DNA from: Catajapyx aquilonaris | Lineage: Eukaryota | Direction: 5' to 3' | Assembly (NCBI GenBank): GCA_000934665.2 | Contig: KZ538282.1 | Location: forward strand, 1 to 64,000 | DNA length: 64,000 bases | Shown: piece by piece, positions 60,001 to 64,000 of the stretch | Layout of the letters: every line of letters begins with the position of its first letter | Position numbering within the stretch: the first letter of the stretch is position 1 | Notes under the pieces: generated by a model | Told to the model about the DNA's origin: nothing | Seen by the model: only the letters and a program-made list of their open reading frames with translations | The model's database searches: none | Program-made: the position numbers and the translations under genes

Positions 60001-63000
60001 CAAGCGTATGGCTGCCATGCTGATACCCAAGCACCCCAGGGACATCACCAGCTGGCTCTTCACCAGCGATACCATCATGAGGGAGATGCACATGATCCCG
60101 ACCATCATGTGCTGCGTGACCTCCCTGAGCCTTGGTGTCTACACCATCATCCACTCCTGCTCCAAGTTGGACTGCGAGTGGACCCGCAAGGGACACCAGC
60201 CCAAGTGGGAGTATGTGGACCTGCGCAAGCCGCCCTACATGCACATGTACAACCCCTGTGGGAAGCCCTACCCCCCGATGCCAGAACTGCAGGCTCTTCG
60301 TGAGGAGATTGGGGTCATCTCCCACGACCCGTGCAATAAGTAATAGGTAAGCTTGAATTTCATTTTCAATAAGGTCATACTCACGAGTATATTGGTTTCC
60401 ATTTTGGCTGAGTTGGTCTATTGTTACCAGCAGGGGTGCCAATGCTGCTTTGTTAACATTTACAAGTATTGGTAGTATTGCAGTCAATTTGCTTATCATG
60501 GTTACCTGAATAATGGTGGGTATTACCTTGACGATGATGCCAACAAAGAGGGGGAGGAACTAATCCACGCTAATTCGAAGTTACATGCACGTATTAAATA
60601 AAAATATCCTGTCTAATCGCAGGTGTCCATCTGGATGTGGACAGCTAGCATCGGAGCTACCAGCAGCGCAGCACCCGGCAGCAAAATTAGCACCTTAAAA
60701 CGGCCTCATCAAAATTGACGATTAAAGTGGTTAATACTCCAACCCTTTGTGCCTCAATCAACCCTAGGGACCCAAAGCCTTTGTCCGTGCAACGCCCATT
60801 GTTTTCAGCATGGGAAAATGATGCGATTACTGAAAAAAATAATAATCGATGGGGAATAACGTCAAGTCGGATTACACCGAATTGGTGGTGGAAATTAATA
60901 CGGCGTAGATTGTCAAGAAAAAAATCCCGAATGTGAAGCCATTGCACCGGATGAAGCCTATCATTTTGGGCTAAAAATCCGAGCAGGGTTGGGGGGATGG
61001 TGGGAGGGGATCTGGTGGGAAGATAATAGGGGGACAACGAACCACGAATCTTTCTTGTCGGAACGGGATTTGTGTGAGCTGGAAAAAAATGAATGTCACC
61101 CGCGAGTGACGTCGTCAGCTAGGTACAACCTAATTCCCTAGAGCATCCACATCCGCACCATACTGTCACCATTGTCGCTGGTGGTCTGACTCTGAGACGG
61201 CGAAATCTTGGCCTTTGGCGTAATCCTCCGGAAGCCCTTACTGGTGGAACCAGCTCGTTAGCGGAACCTAATCTGCCTGTCGCATATTCCACCTTGACGA
61301 CCCCAGTGGTTAGCTTCGTATCCGCTTTGAGGTTGGCTTTAACTTGAGAAAGAAAGGTTACTCACCCACGACGTTCATGGTGATCGGCTCACTCTGTACA
61401 GTTCGATCCTCCCCAGCGATGACGTTGGATGCCTTGCACACGTAGTCTCCTTGGTAGTCGTAAGTCACGTTGTGGACCACCAGTCGTCTCTCGCTGCCTC
61501 GCACGTACACCGTCTCCTCGTTGGCCGACATGCGTTGCAGCCACTGGAACACCGGTGGTGGGTTGCCTTCGGCCTCGCAAACGAACGTGGCTCGTTCATA
61601 CAGGGTCACAGTCAGCTCGGACGATGGCTCCATTTGGGTTATCTTAGGTGGATCTGTGCGGGAACAGTAGTGATGATGTATCGCCCGTCATTACCACTCC
61701 AGGACTTAATATGCAACTGTCACTTTGATTAATTAGGGAAAAACACTCGCGTTAGGACCCAATCCCCGGACGACTAGTGGACTGGACAACTCGGAGGGGG
61801 TGGGGGAAAAAAATACAGTTCGCTTTTGCGACCATGCTTGTGCCCTAGGTCAATAAGGGTTGCAGAGTTCCAAAGGAGCGGAAAAATTCCCTTGGCACAG
61901 GATGTTTGTCGGAAAAGCCTTTTGGCCCCTATTTGAGGATGTGGGTCAGCTCGTTGAGGAAGGGAGGTAGACTCCATCGGGGGGATTTTCCCCATCACAG
62001 TCGTGGATGATGGAAGAGGACGTTTACGGTAATTGGATGCTCCTTTCTCCACCCCTACCCCCTCTCCCCTAAAACGAGTTCCAGAAATCCATTGAGACGA
62101 GTACCCGAGTAGCGAGCGCCAGAGAGAGGGACACGGGGAGAGAGTTGCTCTTTGTGATTACTCGCACGTACTTTCGTGCAAACTTTTCTTCAATTTCGGA
62201 TGGTTGATGGCAACACAAATTGTCTTTCAGGTATTACCGGGATGGAGTCGCGTGAGCTCTTCCGCATTACGCATGTGAAAGAGGAGGTTGGTGGAAACGA
62301 GTCCCCTTTGAACGGGAAATAGATACCCACCACCCCCTGTAGCAAACCAAGTTCTGTATGAAAAAAAACACAGTTCCTATTCTTCTTGTTCTTGTTCCCA
62401 AGTCCCAACTCTCCTCTTAGCAACTTCGGCGCTGACTTGCCCTTTTAATCGATAGCTTTCCAAACTGAGCCGGCGTGGATTGGAGGGAAAATCGTTTGAC
62501 TCGGAGGGATCTGACAGTTCTTTAGTGCGGGCAAAAACAACCCAACGGATCCCTTGGGTGACTATAGGTGACACTGTCTGGAAAACAACTCCTCTCAACA
62601 GATTCGGTCCAGGGCAGCTCGGACCATTGTTATACCTTAGCGACAAGCAGATTAATCAAACCACTATTCAACCTTGTTTTTGTCTAATTAGCGGGGGGCA
62701 ATTCAGGATTCGTTAGTCTTGCATGCTAATTAGGACTGGTACTTTGGCGAGGGAGAAATCTGGTAACTCACATTTAACATCAACTTCTACTCGGAGTGTG
62801 TCGCTAGATCCCAGCGTATTTTTGGCCTCGCAGACATAGGTACCGGCGTGTCTTCGGCCGACAGGACGGAACTCGACGGACTCTTGGAAGTTGTAAGTGT
62901 CGGCACTGCCCAGCTTTCGCCAGACGATGTGAGCCGGTGGGTTTGCATCAGCGGTGCACCGTAATGTCAGTGCGTCCTTTCCTTCCTCCAGATCGGCGTT

Positions 63001-63032
63001 AGGGCTGCCTTGGAGTTTGGCGATGGGTAGAT
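35858..63032 (-). CDS. Type I Ig-superfamily cell-adhesion receptor (Fasciclin-3/Kirre/nephrin-like), 5' partial: join(62772-63032,61366-61653,48311-48495,45027-45159,43948-44061,36863-36896,36616-36769,35858-36055)
   Basis: Two canonical Ig domains (LRCTADANPP..W..GTYVCEAKN; FVCEAEGNPP..W..GDYVCKASN), a non-canonical third Ig domain, a TM helix and a tyrosine-rich tail. All seven introns are GT-AG with matching phases; about 455 aa lie in the window. The upstream exons are beyond position 64000. Confidence 0.9.
36616..36769 (-). CDS. Ig receptor cytoplasmic exon
   Basis: gtcacag|C GAG AAG AGC...: EKSDAESTRDSS...DAIYSSPKKPPPNHSDLDYENMK, ending AAG|gtgagg. Confidence 0.85.
36863..36896 (-). 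CDS. Ig receptor 34-nt juxtamembrane microexon
   Basis: ctcttccag|AA CGG GGT GAC TTC AAG CCA ACT GAT CTG GAA AG|gtaacg = (Q)RGDFKPTDLE(S); it bridges phase 1 to phase 2. Confidence 0.82.
43948..44061 (-). CDS. Ig receptor transmembrane exon
   Basis: cttccag|AT CCG GTT TCG ATG: PVSMATVMGIVIGCLILLVIVVLFILYAFKTEKWCFS, ending C|gtaagt. Confidence 0.92.
45027..45159 (-). CDS. Ig receptor exon (second half of the membrane-proximal Ig domain)
   Basis: ggccag|GAG AAA CGG: EKREDCYEARLRVLRTDAADARNYYLQVENDHGLDRYAVALAVR, ending G|gtgagc. Confidence 0.92.
48311..48495 (-). CDS. Ig receptor exon (first half of the membrane-proximal Ig domain)
   Basis: tttcag|GA GCA CCG CAG: APQVLRHSVEREVVVEKGHDALIPVVFCANPRPNRATWEWG...EEIRK, ending AAG|gtaggc. 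Confidence 0.92.
55058..55068. other. Assembly gap (11 N)
   Basis: Short run of Ns. Confidence 0.95.
55600..56900. mobile_element. AT-rich island, possibly a DNA-transposon remnant
   Basis: Abrupt drop in GC inside an otherwise GC-balanced intron; begins near GGGTGATTCTC (55700), with repeated TGTCCCG motifs. No paired TIR resolved. Confidence 0.3.
59862..59900. promoter_or_regulatory. Inverted pair of E2F-like sites upstream of the nested gene
   Basis: TTCCCGCCAAAA (59862-59873) and GGCGGGAAA (59892-59900), about 95-135 bp upstream of the ATG at 59996. Confidence 0.4.
59996..60343 (+). CDS. NDUFA4/COXFA4 (B12D/MLRQ) family mitochondrial complex IV accessory protein, C15orf48/NMES1-like, 115 aa
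   Basis: MIPTIMCCVTSLSLGVYTIIHSCSKLDCEWTRKGHQPKWEYVD..P....N....P.PELQ follows the NMES1 pattern LIP-TM-YS..K.D....RK....PWETVD...P.....N...KP.EELQ. Strong C/G third-position bias against the flanks, AAAATG start context, tandem TAA TAG stops, AATAAA at 60597. Confidence 0.82.
   Translation: MFKRMAAMLIPKHPRDITSWLFTSDTIMREMHMIPTIMCCVTSLSLGVYTIIHSCSKLDCEWTRKGHQPKWEYVDLRKPPYMHMYNPCGKPYPPMPELQALREEIGVISHDPCNK
61366..61653 (-). CDS. Ig receptor exon (Ig domain)
   Basis: cgcacag|AT CCA CCT AAG: (Y)PPKITQMEPSSELTVTLYERATFVCEAEGNPPPVFQWLQ...YQGDYVCKASN...MNVV, ending G|gtgagt. Confidence 0.95.
62772..63032 (-). CDS. Ig receptor exon (Ig domain)
   Basis: ttttgcag|AT CTA CCC ATC: LPIAKLQGSPNADLEEGKDALTLRCTADANPPAHIVWRK...AGTYVCEAKNTLG...VDVK, ending T|gtgagt. 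Confidence 0.95.
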
Positions 63033-64000
63033 CTGCAAAAAAATGGGATGACAAACGAACGTCAATTGTGGTGGGTAAAGTTGGGCGGTGAATGCACTCT
63101 AGCACATGTGGATTCCAGCTCAGGAGGCCGTTTCTATTCCCGGTTGAAGCCTTGGCCTGCACCTAAGCTCACCGCAGGCCTTACTAATGGGCGTCCGCCG
63201 GAGGAAACTAATTGGCTGCCATGTAGTTGGCGGTTAACAGGAACGCCGCGCCATTTATTTTAGCCTACAGTTATTCTCCATTGCGAGTCTGTGTATGAAG
63301 ATGTAAATCTGCAGGGAGGGAGAGTGCAGGTGTTTGAAATTTTCTCTCCAATTTCCATACCCTTTCCATCAAAGCCACCCGGATGCCTAGGACTACATTC
63401 CATGTATCTCGAAACAATATTCCTGAGAACCAGTAAAGCTAGCGCACTGTATGCCAACTGTTCATAGCCTGCTTCCATAATATTAACTTAGCGATGGAGT
63501 CCAATAGTGTACAACCACTACCAGGAATGTACAGTACATGTGTAGATACCGTGCTTGACCCCCTAATCTGGTCCCCATCGAGGTAATCGTGGAAGCGGAA
63601 AATAATCAATTCGCACCCTCTCACTTTCGTGCCAAAAGTGATTACGCGCCGCTTTTCTGCCCTGATTAAGTTGCTGCACCTAAGTGGATGTTGATGGCGT
63701 TTAGCACTCGACAACAGGTTGACTCGCTTTTGTTCCGCCACTGCGGCGTAGTACGTGGGCATCAGCAAAATGAGATTGCACTCATACATGCCCCGGCCTA
63801 CTCGACTGGAGGACATCTTTGTCGCAGCGAGAACGCCGCGCTTACAGGCCTCTCAATTTCACCGCAACGGCCTTACAAGTGGCTGCTTTTAAGCGTTCAT
63901 CCTGCCATGTCGGTTACCTATGCGCTTCTCTTGTTCGCCGCATTGCCTGGAAGTCAGGGGCTTCTTTTGCACCCATATGACACGCCCAGATAATTATTAT

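Noticed and set aside
59876..60499. 207-aa antisense ORF and alternative-frame ORFs over the nested gene
   Set aside because: Shadow frames caused by the codon bias of the real 59996-60343 CDS.
60344..60620. miR-147b-like hairpin in the 3' UTR, as in mammalian C15orf48
   Set aside because: No matching mature sequence or clear pre-miRNA hairpin seen.

Overview
Eukaryotic (most likely arthropod) genomic DNA with three assembly gaps. Three protein-coding genes can be read by hand. (1) A spliced separase (caspase-family peptidase C50) on the minus strand: 7 coding exons at 8217-20055, all GT-AG and phase-consistent, giving about 624 aa, with a probable non-coding first exon and promoter near 29.6-30.1 kb. 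This is the short Drosophila-Sse-like architecture without the large N-terminal helical domain. (2) The 3' eight coding exons (35858-63032, minus) of a type I Ig-superfamily adhesion receptor (Fasciclin-3/Kirre/nephrin-like) whose tail carries ITIM/ITSM-like motifs and a possible alternative PDZ-binding end; its 5' part is outside the window. (3) A small NDUFA4/COXFA4-family gene (closest in pattern to C15orf48/NMES1) with an uninterrupted CDS, nested antisense in an intron of the Ig gene (59996-60343). The first 34 kb is dense in transposons: Tc1/mariner, piggyBac-, Kolobok-, Harbinger-, hAT- and P-type MITEs, Helitron-like elements, two tRNA-SINEs, and a decayed R2-superfamily (NeSL/Utopia-like) retrotransposon cut by a probable LTR. 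The Ig-gene introns show far fewer recognisable transposons. All family assignments come from motif recognition; no database searches were run.
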